Positions 49,077 to 58,478 of a DNA stretch of 64,000 nt are shown here, in pieces (position 1 is the first letter of the stretch; every line of letters begins with the position of its first letter). The notes beneath the pieces are model-generated. The model ran no database searches. It was not told the DNA's origin and worked only from the letters and a program-made list of their open reading frames with translations. This DNA comes from Vannielia litorea (GTDB lineage Bacteria; Pseudomonadota; Alphaproteobacteria; Rhodobacterales; Rhodobacteraceae), in the NCBI RefSeq assembly GCF_019801175.1, contig NZ_JAHVJR010000001.1, forward strand, positions 2,944,580-3,008,579, written 5' to 3'. A program made the position numbers and the translations under genes.

Positions 49077-50015
49077 TCAGTTGACCGGCGTCAGCAGGTC
49101 GTTTCCGGCCAGAAAGGCGCTGATGTTGTCGCGCTGAAGCTTCGCCATCGCCGCCCGCGTCTCCACCGTGCCCGAGCCCTGGTGCGGCTGGATCACCACG
49201 TTGTCGAACTCGTAGAACCGCGCGTCGATCTTCGGCTCGTTCACGAACACATCCAGCCCCGCGCCATAGATCCCGCCGCTCTTCAGCGCGGCGATCAGAG
49301 CCTCTTCGTCCACCGTCGAGCCGCGCGAGATGTTCACCAGGATGCCGCGCGGGCCCAGCGCCTCAAGCACCTCTTTCGAAACGATATTTTCGGTCGCTTT
49401 GCCACCCACCGTGGCCACGATCAGGTAATCGACAGCGGCGGCCAGCGCCTCGGGGCTGTCATGATAGGTCCAGCCCGGCGTCTCCTTCTCGGAGCGGCTC
49501 CAGTAGTGCAGATCCATCTTGAACGGCACCAGCCGCTCGGCAATCTCGCGCCCGATCCGGCCAAGGCCAAGGATGCCCGCGCGGCCCCCGCTGACCTTGC
49601 GGTTCAGCCGATATTCACCCTTTTCGGCCCATGATCCGGAGCGCGCCCACTGGCTCGCATGTTCCATCTCCCGGCCGCACATCAGCAGCATCGCCACGGC
49701 AAGGTCAGCCACGTCATCGTTGAGCACGTCAGGGGTGTTGGTCACGCGAATATCGCGCTCCGAGGCGGCCGCCACGTTAATGGAGTCGTAACCAACCCCG
49801 AAGTTGGCGATGACCCCAAGGTTCGGCAGCAGGTCCATCGCCTCGGCGCCAAACGGCTTGTGCCCCTTGAAGCCCGCAGCGGTGATGCCCGCCCGCGTGG
49901 CTTCGTCGAGGCTGCCGATCTCGGTGGTTTCGGCCAGAAAAACCGGGTCGAACGTCTCTTTCAGCTTGGCCAGATCGGCCTCGCTGTAGTTCCCGATTGC
50001 GATCACCTTGCTCAT
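49077..50015 (-). CDS. D-isomer-specific 2-hydroxyacid dehydrogenase (glyoxylate/hydroxypyruvate reductase family)
   Basis: GLGRIGREIAERL NAD motif and the catalytic Arg/Glu/His triad region (ISRGSTVDE...HQGSGT). Confidence 0.85.
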   Translation of the reverse strand: MSKVIAIGNYSEADLAKLKETFDPVFLAETTEIGSLDEATRAGITAAGFKGHKPFGAEAMDLLPNLGVIANFGVGYDSINVAAASERDIRVTNTPDVLNDDVADLAVAMLLMCGREMEHASQWARSGSWAEKGEYRLNRKVSGGRAGILGLGRIGREIAERLVPFKMDLHYWSRSEKETPGWTYHDSPEALAAAVDYLIVATVGGKATENIVSKEVLEALGPRGILVNISRGSTVDEEALIAALKSGGIYGAGLDVFVNEPKIDARFYEFDNVVIQPHQGSGTVETRAAMAKLQRDNISAFLAGNDLLTPVN

Positions 50016-50089
50016 GGCCTGTTCCTCCCCGGCGGCGCGTCAAATGGTATACCATTCCCTCCCACCGCACCGCCGGGGAGTCAAGCCGC

Positions 50090-50932
50090 TCAGCCTTCGC
50101 AGATCTCCTGCACCGACTTTTTCACCGCCTCCAGCGAGAAGACCTGATCCAGCCAGTCTTCCTTGAAGATCACGCTCTTGGCCTTGTCGATCGCCATCAG
50201 GGCGCCATCGCTGAACTTGCCCTCCGGGAAGATGCCAAAGGCAATCGCCAGCTCGATCTTCAGATGCCCCAGCACGAAGTCATGCGCCGCCGCCTCCGGC
50301 ACCCCCATGCTCACCGCCCGGTCGGTCGCATCGCGCAACGCAAGGCTCATCGTGGCCGCCACCGTCTCGCTCAGCGCAGGCTCCAGCACGGCGATGTTTT
50401 CCAGCGTGCAGCGATGGCTCCGGGCCACCGGCGCATAGATGATCTTCGCGATCTCCTCGCAGAGCGCATAATGCTCCTCCGGCCCCTGAATCAGCGCGCA
50501 AACGATCCCCTGCGGCGCCGCGATCCCGCCGAAGTAATCCGCCTGCGCCTCCTTGGTCTCCTGCACCTCGAGGATATGCGGGTGGCAGGGATGGGTGCAA
50601 AAGTAGGTGATGTCATCGCGCTCCGGCATCTCCCCTGCATAGGGCGCCGCGGCGTCCAGCACGATCACCGCCGCGCCGGGCTTCAGCTTGTCCACGAAGC
50701 CATGGGTGATCTTGCCGATCAGCCGGTCCGGCACCGCCATCAGCACCACATCGGCGTCTGAAATCGCGTTGTCGCCGTCGGTCACGGCCTCCACGCCCAC
50801 CTCGTCCAGCAGCCGTTTGCGGCCCACTTCTGACACTTCCACATGGTCAATCTCGAACCGCGTGGGCTTGAGGTTCTGCGCCAGCCGAACGCCCATCTTT
50901 CCCCCCGCACCGAGCAAAGCAACCTTGGTCAT
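50090..50932 (-). CDS. NAD(P)-binding dehydrogenase-like protein (Rossmann N-domain plus 6PGDH-C-like domain), function unknown; candidate oxidoreductase partner of the DUF1537 kinase/RLP
   Basis: MTKVALLGAGGKMG N-terminus. First gene upstream of the kinase, with a 2-nt gap. Longer ORF to 50977 is possible. Confidence 0.55.
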   Translation of the reverse strand: MTKVALLGAGGKMGVRLAQNLKPTRFEIDHVEVSEVGRKRLLDEVGVEAVTDGDNAISDADVVLMAVPDRLIGKITHGFVDKLKPGAAVIVLDAAAPYAGEMPERDDITYFCTHPCHPHILEVQETKEAQADYFGGIAAPQGIVCALIQGPEEHYALCEEIAKIIYAPVARSHRCTLENIAVLEPALSETVAATMSLALRDATDRAVSMGVPEAAAHDFVLGHLKIELAIAFGIFPEGKFSDGALMAIDKAKSVIFKEDWLDQVFSLEAVKKSVQEICEG

Positions 50933-50933
50933 C

Positions 50934-52247
50934 TCATTCTCCTCCTGCGGCACCACCGCCGCGTTTGATCCATCCAAAATAATCGTCCGATCCCATCTGC
51001 CCGCCCTTCAGCGCCAGCTCGAGCCCGGCCAAATTCTCATCCTCCGAATGCGCCCTGAGCAGCGCCGCACCGGGGATCGTCGGGGCCAGTGCGGTAAAGG
51101 CATAAAGCCCCAGCTCGCGGCTCGCGTGGCCACTGGTATCCCCGCCCGAGATCACCGCCCGCTTCAGCCCCGTCTGCCGCAGCAGCCGCGCCAGCACCTT
51201 GCCCAGCGCCGCGCCGATCCGCGCATTCGCCTCTTCCATCCCGCCTGCCGGCACCGCCGCCCGCAGCCGCGCCACAGCAGGGTCATCCGGCCCCTTCGCG
51301 GTGTAGATCAGCGGGTCCCGCCCGGCTTCCAGAGCCTTGAGCGCCGTCTCATAGGCCCCCGTAGCCTCGCCCTTCACGGCGGCCACCGCATCCAGCTCGA
51401 TCCCCTCGAACCCATGCGCCTCAGCCCATGCAATCTGCGCCGCCGTCACCGGCGAAACCGAGCCGGAGACAGCCAGCATCCGCTCCACCGGCCCGGCGCT
51501 CTCGCCCCGGTCCTCCGCAGGCAGCCATCCCTGCGCGCGCCAATGCTCCACCAGCGCGTATTCCACGCCTTGCGAACCGACGGCAAACACCGGCGACTGG
51601 TCCCACATCCGCTGCCCGACCCGGCCCATATGCGCATCCGTCATCGCATCGAATGACCAGACCTCCGCCTCCGGCGAACCGTCCAAGTCCTCCAGCGACA
51701 CCAGCCCAAAGCTCTTGCCCGTCTGCTTCGCCAGATGCCGCGCCACATCGCTCTCATCCATCGGCGTCACCGGATGCCGTGCCATCACCGGGTGCCGGTC
51801 GAGCCGGAACACCCCGCCGGGGCCGGACGCAAACAAATGCCCGAAAGCCTGATAACGCCGCATCTTCGGCGCGGCGAGCAGACAGGGGATGAACGGCCCT
51901 TTCACCACCTCCGCCCCAAGGTCGATTGCCTTGCCGATCGAGCCGATCTCGGGCGATGAGTCCAAGGTCGAGCAAGTTTTGTAATGCACCACCCGCGCAC
52001 CCGTTCCGGCCAGAAAGCGGAACACCCCCGGCAACTCCCGCTCCATCCAGCCGGGCGAATGCGAGCGCGCCGTGGTCGCTACCCCAACCGCCCGCACGCC
52101 GGGAAACCGCGCCAGCTGCGCCTCCGTTGGCACATCCAAGAACAGCACCGCAGGCACCCCCGCGAACTCCAGCACCTCCATGCTGGCCGCCGAGCCGGTG
52201 AAGTCATCCCCCACCCAGCCGATCAGGGTGCCGCCCGGCAGGCTCAC
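50934..52247 (-). CDS. Four-carbon acid-sugar kinase family protein (DUF1537 + DUF4392; OtnK/OiaK-like), paralogue 1
   Basis: GDDFTGSAAS N-motif and ISGGDTSGHASRELG C-motif, homologous to 55643..56881. Start set at GTG overlapping the RLP stop (GTGA). The 126-aa Gly/Arg-rich upstream extension of the raw ORF is rejected. Confidence 0.75.
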   Translation of the reverse strand: MSLPGGTLIGWVGDDFTGSAASMEVLEFAGVPAVLFLDVPTEAQLARFPGVRAVGVATTARSHSPGWMERELPGVFRFLAGTGARVVHYKTCSTLDSSPEIGSIGKAIDLGAEVVKGPFIPCLLAAPKMRRYQAFGHLFASGPGGVFRLDRHPVMARHPVTPMDESDVARHLAKQTGKSFGLVSLEDLDGSPEAEVWSFDAMTDAHMGRVGQRMWDQSPVFAVGSQGVEYALVEHWRAQGWLPAEDRGESAGPVERMLAVSGSVSPVTAAQIAWAEAHGFEGIELDAVAAVKGEATGAYETALKALEAGRDPLIYTAKGPDDPAVARLRAAVPAGGMEEANARIGAALGKVLARLLRQTGLKRAVISGGDTSGHASRELGLYAFTALAPTIPGAALLRAHSEDENLAGLELALKGGQMGSDDYFGWIKRGGGAAGGE

Positions 52248-53488
52248 CCGAAGGCCTCCAGCGCGCCCTTGAGCGCGGGTCGTGTCGCAGCATAGTCCTC
52301 CGCCGCCACACCCGCCTGCGCCGCCTCCCAAGCCTCCCGCAATGAGGCCACGCCTGCCGCCGGCCCATCCGGGTGCGCCATGATCCCGCCGCCCGCCGCG
52401 TGGATGCAATCTGCGTGGCCGACGCGGGCATAGGTCTCCGCCGCCTGCACCGCCGTCTGGCCCGAGGAGAACACCGGCATCGCCACGCAGGGCTTGTCCT
52501 CCCACATTGGCGTGCCGACCGAGAGCGCCGAGGCCACCACGCTGTCGTCCGCCTCCGAGAACTTGTTGCGCAGCCCGTTCACGTGCATGTGGTCCGCCCC
52601 GGCCAGCCGCCAGAGCTTGCTCCACGCAGTGTAGTCCCAGCCCAGCATGTCGGCCCGGCTCAGGTAGCCCCAGCCGCAGCGGTGCGCATGGATCGGCAGC
52701 TCCGAATGGCGCGAGAAGGCGAGGAAACCCGCAAAGCCCACCGAGTTCAGCGAAACCATCGCACAGGTCGCCCCAAGCTCCAGCAGCAGGTCATGCCGCC
52801 ACCGCATCTCGTCCACCTCGCCCGTCAGGTTGAAGGCAAACATCACCTTCTTGCCGGTCTTCTCGGCATGGTCGTTCAGCACGCGCATCACCGCCCGCGC
52901 CCGCGCGTCGAACGGGCAGTTCGGCCCGTCGCTCTGCAACTCGTCATCCTTGATGAAGTCGATGCCCGCCGCGGCCAGATCACCGGCCAGCGAAGCCGTC
53001 TCCTCCGGCCCAAAGCCCACAGAGGGCTTTACGATGGTGCCGATCAACGGCCCTCTCTCCACGCCGCTCAAACGCCGCGTCCCCTCGATCCCAAACTTCG
53101 GCCCCGGATGGGCCGCGCCAAACTCCCGCGGCAGCCGGATATCGCGCAGCCGCAGCCCCGAGAATTGCCGCAACTCAAAGAGGTTGCCTGCCACCGTCGC
53201 CACGAGGTTGGGGATCGACGCCCCGATATTCCCCATCGGCCAACTCAACGTCACCTTCGCCCGCGTATACCGCTCCCCCGTGGCCCCACCGCCCAGCGAC
53301 GGCTCGGCCACCTCGCCCACGACCTCCAGCGCCTCCACCCGCGCCGCCGAGCGCTCGCGCAGCTCCGGCGTCTCCCCCGGCACAGAAACAAAGGTGCCGG
53401 AACTCTGCTCCCCCGCCATCGCCTCCGCCGCCTTGGCCGGGTCCACCGGGGTTTCGATCAGGTAGTCCGCTTCGATGCGTTCACTCAT
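52244..53488 (-). CDS. RuBisCO-like protein (form IV RuBisCO large-subunit homologue)
   Basis: 414 aa with a RuBisCO large-chain TIM-barrel signature (GLRLRDIRLP, GTIVKPSVGF, IDFIKDDE with the carbamylated-Lys region KDDE, HAHR, GGG). Adjacent to a DUF1537 kinase. Confidence 0.8.
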   Translation of the reverse strand: MSERIEADYLIETPVDPAKAAEAMAGEQSSGTFVSVPGETPELRERSAARVEALEVVGEVAEPSLGGGATGERYTRAKVTLSWPMGNIGASIPNLVATVAGNLFELRQFSGLRLRDIRLPREFGAAHPGPKFGIEGTRRLSGVERGPLIGTIVKPSVGFGPEETASLAGDLAAAGIDFIKDDELQSDGPNCPFDARARAVMRVLNDHAEKTGKKVMFAFNLTGEVDEMRWRHDLLLELGATCAMVSLNSVGFAGFLAFSRHSELPIHAHRCGWGYLSRADMLGWDYTAWSKLWRLAGADHMHVNGLRNKFSEADDSVVASALSVGTPMWEDKPCVAMPVFSSGQTAVQAAETYARVGHADCIHAAGGGIMAHPDGPAAGVASLREAWEAAQAGVAAEDYAATRPALKGALEAFG

Positions 53489-54198
53489 TGGAAGTGATCC
53501 TGGTGATAGAGTTCATTGGCGCGCTCGAGGTGGTCTCGCATGGCCTTCGCCGCCGCGCCCTCATCCCCTGCTGCAATCGCATCGAGTATCGCGCGGTGCT
53601 CGGTGAGCGTCAGTTGCTCCAACCCGCGCTTGCGCACCGCCTCTGCGTGAAAGTCGCGCAACCAATCGAACACGCCGGCAGCGAGGGTCTCGAAAATGGG
53701 GTTAGCCGAAATGGCCGCGATGCGACGGTGGAACTTTCCGTCGATCTCAAGAAACTTCTCCGGCTCTTCCGCCGAAAGCTCCTGCGCCGCCAGCAGCGCC
53801 TCCAGCGAGGCGATGTCCACCTCTGTCCGGCGGCGTGCGGCGATCCGGGCCATCTCGGCCTCCAGCGCCGCGCGGGCCTCCTTCAGGTGGTCCATCGAGG
53901 AGGTATGCGCGAGCAGGTGCCGCACCCCGGTGCCCAGTTGCCCGATCAGCCCATCGAGCGACGGCTCCGCCACCCTCGGGCGCCCGCCATGCCGGATTTC
54001 GATCACGCCGCGATGCTGGAGCGCCTGCATCGCCTCGCGGATCGCCGGCCGCCCAATCTCATATCGCGCCATCAGCTCCCGCTCGGAAGGCAAGGCATCG
54101 CCCGGGCCAAGGCCGTCCTCGCGGATCAACCGCAGCAGACGATCCTGCACCTCATCGGCCAGCTTCCGGGGTTTTATTTGATCTGGTAAGCTCATCAT
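53485..54198 (-). CDS. GntR/FadR-family transcriptional regulator
   Basis: N-terminal GntR HTH (LPSERELMARYEIGRPAIREAMQAL) plus FadR-type C-domain. Start overlaps the RLP start region by 4 nt. Confidence 0.8.
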   Translation of the reverse strand: MMSLPDQIKPRKLADEVQDRLLRLIREDGLGPGDALPSERELMARYEIGRPAIREAMQALQHRGVIEIRHGGRPRVAEPSLDGLIGQLGTGVRHLLAHTSSMDHLKEARAALEAEMARIAARRRTEVDIASLEALLAAQELSAEEPEKFLEIDGKFHRRIAAISANPIFETLAAGVFDWLRDFHAEAVRKRGLEQLTLTEHRAILDAIAAGDEGAAAKAMRDHLERANELYHQDHFQ

Positions 54199-54246
54199 AC
54201 CAGTTGCTAGCGCAAGCGTCCGCACCGATCAAGAGCCTTGCTTGGC

Positions 54247-55014
54247 TCAGATGCCTTGCGCCGCCTTCAGCCAGCCCAGCGTCGGCTCCGTCGGCCCGCC
54301 GGGCTTGTATTCCGCCCCCAGCGGGGACTCCCAGCCAAGCGCCTTCAAGTGCCTGTAGATATGCGTGAAATTCACCTCGCCATGATCCGGCGCACCCCGG
54401 TCCGGCACCGCCGCGATCTGGATATGCCCGATCTTCGGCAAGAGCCGCTCCAACCGGTGGCTGAGGTCCCCTTCCATCAACTGCACATGGTAGCAGTCGA
54501 ACATGATCTTCAGGTTCTCCGCCCCCACCTCGGCCAGAATCGCCTCCGCCTGCGCGGTGGTCGAAAGGAAGTATCCCGGCGCGTCATAGTGGTTGATCGG
54601 CTCGATCAGAATGGTCTTTCCCATTCCCGCCGCCTTGCCGCAAGCATAGCCCAGCGCCTCGACAAAGGTGTCATGGTCGCCTCCGAAGCCCGCCATCACA
54701 TGCACCTTCCCGGTGCCGCTCGCCTCGGCATAGGCCAGCGCCTCGTCGATGGCATCCCGCGCCTCCGCCTCACGCCCCGGCACCGCCGAAAAGCCCATCT
54801 CGCGCTTCGCCGCATCGCCCCGCGAGGCATTGAGGCCCAGCATCTCCAGCCCGGTCTCGGCCAGCGCATCGGCCACCTCGCCCGCAGGCACCGCATAGGG
54901 CCAATGGCACTCCACCGCGTCGAACCCCGCCGCCTTGGCGGCCCGGATCGCTTGCGGAAGCGGCAACTCGCTCCAGAGGAACCCGAGGTTGGCCGAAAAT
55001 CTCATGCGTCCCAC
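54247..55014 (-). CDS. otnI: Hydroxypyruvate isomerase family protein (2-oxo-tetronate isomerase OtnI-like)
   Basis: TIM-barrel xylose-isomerase-like. MRFSANLGFLW... and conserved Glu/His metal ligands (ILIEPINHYD, FDCYH). Confidence 0.8.
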   Translation of the reverse strand: MGRMRFSANLGFLWSELPLPQAIRAAKAAGFDAVECHWPYAVPAGEVADALAETGLEMLGLNASRGDAAKREMGFSAVPGREAEARDAIDEALAYAEASGTGKVHVMAGFGGDHDTFVEALGYACGKAAGMGKTILIEPINHYDAPGYFLSTTAQAEAILAEVGAENLKIMFDCYHVQLMEGDLSHRLERLLPKIGHIQIAAVPDRGAPDHGEVNFTHIYRHLKALGWESPLGAEYKPGGPTEPTLGWLKAAQGI

Positions 55015-55646
55015 TCCAGATCGAACTTGCTGACCAGCGCCTGAACCTGCCCGTCGTCGAGGCCCCGCGCGCCCATGCCCCGCGTCATCAGCGCCAGCTT
55101 GGCCGTGGCTTCCAACTCCTCGATGGCGTTGCAGGCCGCCTCCACGTCCTTGCCCGCCACCACCGGCCCGTGGTTGGCCAGCATCACCGCCGATCGTTTA
55201 CCCGCCAGCCCGCGCACCGCCTCGCCCATCGCCGGATCGCCTGGCAGGAAAAAGGGCAGCAGCTTCACCCGGCCCAACTGCATCACCCCATAGGGGGTGA
55301 GCGGCGGCAAAAAGTCGTCCTCGTCGGCCTCCAGCATCGAGAGCGCAACCGAGTGGCACGAATGCAGGTGCACCACCGCCCCCGCCGTGCCGCGCGTGTC
55401 GTAAAACGCCGTGTGCAGCGCCATTTCCTTGGTTGGCTTGTCGCCGCCCACGTGCTGCCCCGCGCTGTCGAACCGCGCCAGCCGCCCCGGGTCGAGCCGG
55501 CCAAAGCTGGTGCCGGTGGGCGAGACCAGCAGGCCGCCATCCTCGGTGCGGGCCGAGATATTGCCGGTCGAGCCGTGGGTCAGCCCCCGGTCGAAAAGCG
55601 ATTTTGCCAGCATGCAAAGCTGTTCGCGCAGGGCCGTCTCGCTCAT
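55002..55646 (-). CDS. otnC: Class II aldolase/adducin-family decarboxylase (3-oxo-tetronate 4-phosphate decarboxylase OtnC-like)
   Basis: LTHGSTGNISAR plus His metal ligands (AVVHLHSCHS). Start set at MSETALREQL (codon 157 of the raw ORF). Confidence 0.8.
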   Translation of the reverse strand: MSETALREQLCMLAKSLFDRGLTHGSTGNISARTEDGGLLVSPTGTSFGRLDPGRLARFDSAGQHVGGDKPTKEMALHTAFYDTRGTAGAVVHLHSCHSVALSMLEADEDDFLPPLTPYGVMQLGRVKLLPFFLPGDPAMGEAVRGLAGKRSAVMLANHGPVVAGKDVEAACNAIEELEATAKLALMTRGMGARGLDDGQVQALVSKFDLEWDA

Positions 55647-56881
55647 GCCAGCATCCCCAGCGCATCGGAAAAGAAGCTCTCGGCCCCGAAGTTGCCCGAC
55701 TTCAGCGCCAGCGCAATCTCCTCGCCACCGGAGACGCAGCCGCACCATGGCACGCCCGGCGCAATCTCGCGGCCCACGTCGAGCCGGGTCACGCCCAGCG
55801 CCTGCGTGACCGCGCCCGAGGTCTCGCCGCCCGCCACCACGATCCGCCGCGCGCCCTGGTCGCGCGCCTGCACCGCCAGCGCGGCCAGCGCCTCTTCGAC
55901 CACTTCGCCAGCGCGGGCTGTCCCCAATTCGCTCTGCGCCCGGCGCACCGCCTGCGGCTCCGCCGTAGCATAGACGATCGGCGCCTTGCCCATGTCCTGC
56001 TTGGCCAGCCAGTTGGAGGCCGCGCCGTGGCCCTCGGCGGCCAGCACCAGCGGGTCGAGCTTGAAGGCCGGGCCAGCATAGGCCGCCACCTGCGCGCGCG
56101 TCATCGCCGAGCAACTGCCCGAGAGCACCACCGCGCCCGGCCCCACCTGTGGCACCGTGGCTTCACGGGCGCTGTCATCGAGCAGGCCCGCCTCGCGATA
56201 GAGCGCCGGCAAGGGCATCGCCAGCGCCGAACCGCCGGTCATCAGCGCCATGTCGCGGCCCGCGCGGGCTATGATCTCGAGGTCGGCGTCCGCCACCGCA
56301 TCCACGACCACATGCGCCGGGGCCTTGGCCAGCGCCTCGGCCAGCGCCTCCGCGCCCCGCGCCACGGTGAGCCTGTCCACCAGCCCCACCTCGCGCGTAA
56401 CCTGCGGGCCAAGCAGCCGCATCAGGTTGCTGTCGCGCATCGGGGTCAGCGGGTGGTCCTTCATCGGGCTCTCCGCCAAGGGCTGCTGCCCGACAAAGAG
56501 GTTGCCCATGAACACCGAGCGCCCGTTCTCGGGGAAGGCCGGGCAATAGACCGTGCGCTCCGCCCCCAGCGCCGCCATCAACGCCTCCGACACCGGGCCG
56601 ATGTTGCCCTCTGCGGTCGAGTCGAAGGTGCTGCAATACTTCCAGAAAAACCGCTCCGCCCCGGTGCCCTTCAGCCAGTCGAGCGCGGTCAGCGCCTCCG
56701 ACACGGCCTCGCTCACCGGCGCAGTGCGGATCTTCAGGGCGACCACCTCAAAGGGCGCATCGCTCTCGCCGTCCTCCGGCACCCCGATGCGCAGCGAAAC
56801 CTTCGCCCCGCTCCGCGCCAGCAGGCCCGCCAGATCGGTGGCACCCGTGAAATCGTCGGCAATCGCCCCGAAAATGGCCAT
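55643..56881 (-). CDS. otnK: Four-carbon acid-sugar kinase (DUF1537/DUF4392; 3-oxo-tetronate kinase OtnK-like), paralogue 2
   Basis: MAIFGAIADDFTGATDLAGLL N-motif, VVAGGETSGAVTQALG C-motif. Start overlaps the otnC stop. Confidence 0.85.
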   Translation of the reverse strand: MAIFGAIADDFTGATDLAGLLARSGAKVSLRIGVPEDGESDAPFEVVALKIRTAPVSEAVSEALTALDWLKGTGAERFFWKYCSTFDSTAEGNIGPVSEALMAALGAERTVYCPAFPENGRSVFMGNLFVGQQPLAESPMKDHPLTPMRDSNLMRLLGPQVTREVGLVDRLTVARGAEALAEALAKAPAHVVVDAVADADLEIIARAGRDMALMTGGSALAMPLPALYREAGLLDDSAREATVPQVGPGAVVLSGSCSAMTRAQVAAYAGPAFKLDPLVLAAEGHGAASNWLAKQDMGKAPIVYATAEPQAVRRAQSELGTARAGEVVEEALAALAVQARDQGARRIVVAGGETSGAVTQALGVTRLDVGREIAPGVPWCGCVSGGEEIALALKSGNFGAESFFSDALGMLA

Positions 56882-56882
56882 G

Positions 56883-57680
56883 CTATTCCTCGTGAATTCC
56901 GTCAGCCGTGAAGGCCCCGCCCTGGTAAACCACCTGCGGCGCATCGATGGCAGGCATCTCCTCCATCTGCTCCACCACGGCGCGGTAATCTTCCGCCCGG
57001 TCCTGCGGTTCCCAGCCGAGGAAGCCGACCTCGCGGTTGTCCCACCAGCCGGTCGCGTTGTTGGAGGCGCCGTAGACGATCGGGCAGCCGATCTTCGGCG
57101 CGCGGAACACGCACTCGATCAGCCGCACGAAATCATCGTAGCTCATCCAGCTCGCCAGCATCCGCCGGTTCTTCGGCTCAGGGAAGCAGGAGCCGATCCG
57201 CACGCTCGCGGTCTCGATGCCGAATTTGTTGTAATACATCGACGCCATCGCCTCGCCGAAGACCTTGCTCACACCATAGAGCCCGTCCGGCTGGGTCAGC
57301 GCATTGGCATCGAGCCGCGTCGTCTGCTTGTGAAAGCCCACCGCGTGGTTGGAACTGGCAAAGATCACCCGGTTGCAGCCGGTGTTACGACAGGCCTCGT
57401 ATAGGTTGAACACCCCGTCGATATTGGCGTTGCGGATGACCGACCACGTATCTTCAATCGACCGGCCGCCCAGATGCACGATCCCGTCGCAGCCGCGCAC
57501 GAGGTCTTCAACCGCCGCCTTGTCGCCCAAGTCGCAAACCACGACCTCCTCGTTCTCCCCGGCAGGCGGCATCTCGACCACGTCAGAGAGCCTCAGGGTC
57601 TTCGCCATATGTTTCAGGCGGTCGCGGCACATCGAGCCAAGGCCGCCAGCGGCGCCGGTGATCAGCAGTCGGTTCATCAT
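56883..57680 (-). CDS. Short NAD-dependent epimerase/dehydratase-family dehydrogenase (uronate dehydrogenase-like / acid-sugar dehydrogenase)
   Basis: LLITGAAGGLG Rossmann motif and YGVSK catalytic motif. 265 aa, the size class of uronate dehydrogenases. Confidence 0.7.
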   Translation of the reverse strand: MMNRLLITGAAGGLGSMCRDRLKHMAKTLRLSDVVEMPPAGENEEVVVCDLGDKAAVEDLVRGCDGIVHLGGRSIEDTWSVIRNANIDGVFNLYEACRNTGCNRVIFASSNHAVGFHKQTTRLDANALTQPDGLYGVSKVFGEAMASMYYNKFGIETASVRIGSCFPEPKNRRMLASWMSYDDFVRLIECVFRAPKIGCPIVYGASNNATGWWDNREVGFLGWEPQDRAEDYRAVVEQMEEMPAIDAPQVVYQGGAFTADGIHEE

Positions 57681-57695
57681 AGTCTTCTCTCCCTG

Positions 57696-58478
57696 TCAGG
57701 ACTTATGCGCATGGGTTTTCAGGAAGGCCAGAGCAGCCTCCCGCATTTCCGCGGTTTCGGCATGGCCGGCTTCCGGTTGGAAGAAATGGGTGAGCCCCTC
57801 CGGCGGCAGCTTGGCCAGCGCGGCTTCACGGGCGGCTTGCGGCGTCAGCGCGTCCTGCCCGCCGTGGGCCACAAAGAGCGGGCGCGGCGCGATCCGCGCG
57901 GCCACATCGCCTTGGTCGCCCATGCGGAGCAGGCCGGGCGCGGTGTACCACGGCCCGTGACGCGCATGGGCGCCGGTTTCGATCATGGGCGCGATATCGG
58001 CCAGCATGATCAGGCTCACCGCCCCCGCGACCCTTGGCTCCAGCGCGGCGAGCCATGTGCCAAGCCCCGCACCCATCGAGGCACCCCAGGTGAAGATCCG
58101 TGCAGCATCCACGCGCGGGTCAGCGGCCAGATGCTCAAAGGCCCCGCGCTGGTCGGCCAGCATCCGGGCAAAGAGCGAGCGCCCGTGCCACGCCTCGGCC
58201 AGCGACAGCGCCTCTTCGCTGCCCTCGGCCTGCCGCGTGCCAAACCCCGGCATGTCGATGCAATACACCGCAAAGCCCGCCGCCACCAAAGCCGGGCCGG
58301 GCGGCCCGCTTGTCCACCATGCGCCTTCGGTCAGCTCCCGCTTGCCAAGGCCGTATTCGCCTCCGTGGGCATGGCAATAGAGCACCGCCGGAAACGGCCC
58401 CGACCCTTCCGGGCACAAGAGCACCCCGCCCGCCAACGGCTCCGCCGGCGCCCAGCCCACCAGCTCCTCCAAGCGCAT
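57696..58478 (-). CDS. Alpha/beta hydrolase (dienelactone hydrolase-like)
   Basis: GASMGAG nucleophile elbow, a downstream Asp, and a His near the C-terminus (EAGHAET). Confidence 0.7.
   Translation of the reverse strand: MRLEELVGWAPAEPLAGGVLLCPEGSGPFPAVLYCHAHGGEYGLGKRELTEGAWWTSGPPGPALVAAGFAVYCIDMPGFGTRQAEGSEEALSLAEAWHGRSLFARMLADQRGAFEHLAADPRVDAARIFTWGASMGAGLGTWLAALEPRVAGAVSLIMLADIAPMIETGAHARHGPWYTAPGLLRMGDQGDVAARIAPRPLFVAHGGQDALTPQAAREAALAKLPPEGLTHFFQPEAGHAETAEMREAALAFLKTHAHKS

Noticed and set aside
52248-52625. 126-aa N-terminal extension of the DUF1537 kinase ORF (ATG at 52625)
   Set aside because: The extension is Gly/Arg low-complexity and overlaps the RLP coding region in another frame. 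The homologous paralogue starts 7 aa before the DDFTG motif. A GTG overlapping the RLP stop (GTGA) gives the expected N-terminus.
55647-56114. 156-aa N-terminal extension of the class II aldolase ORF
   Set aside because: It is a Gly/Arg/Ala-rich reading antisense-overlapping the otnK 3' region. The aldolase family starts at MSETALREQL.
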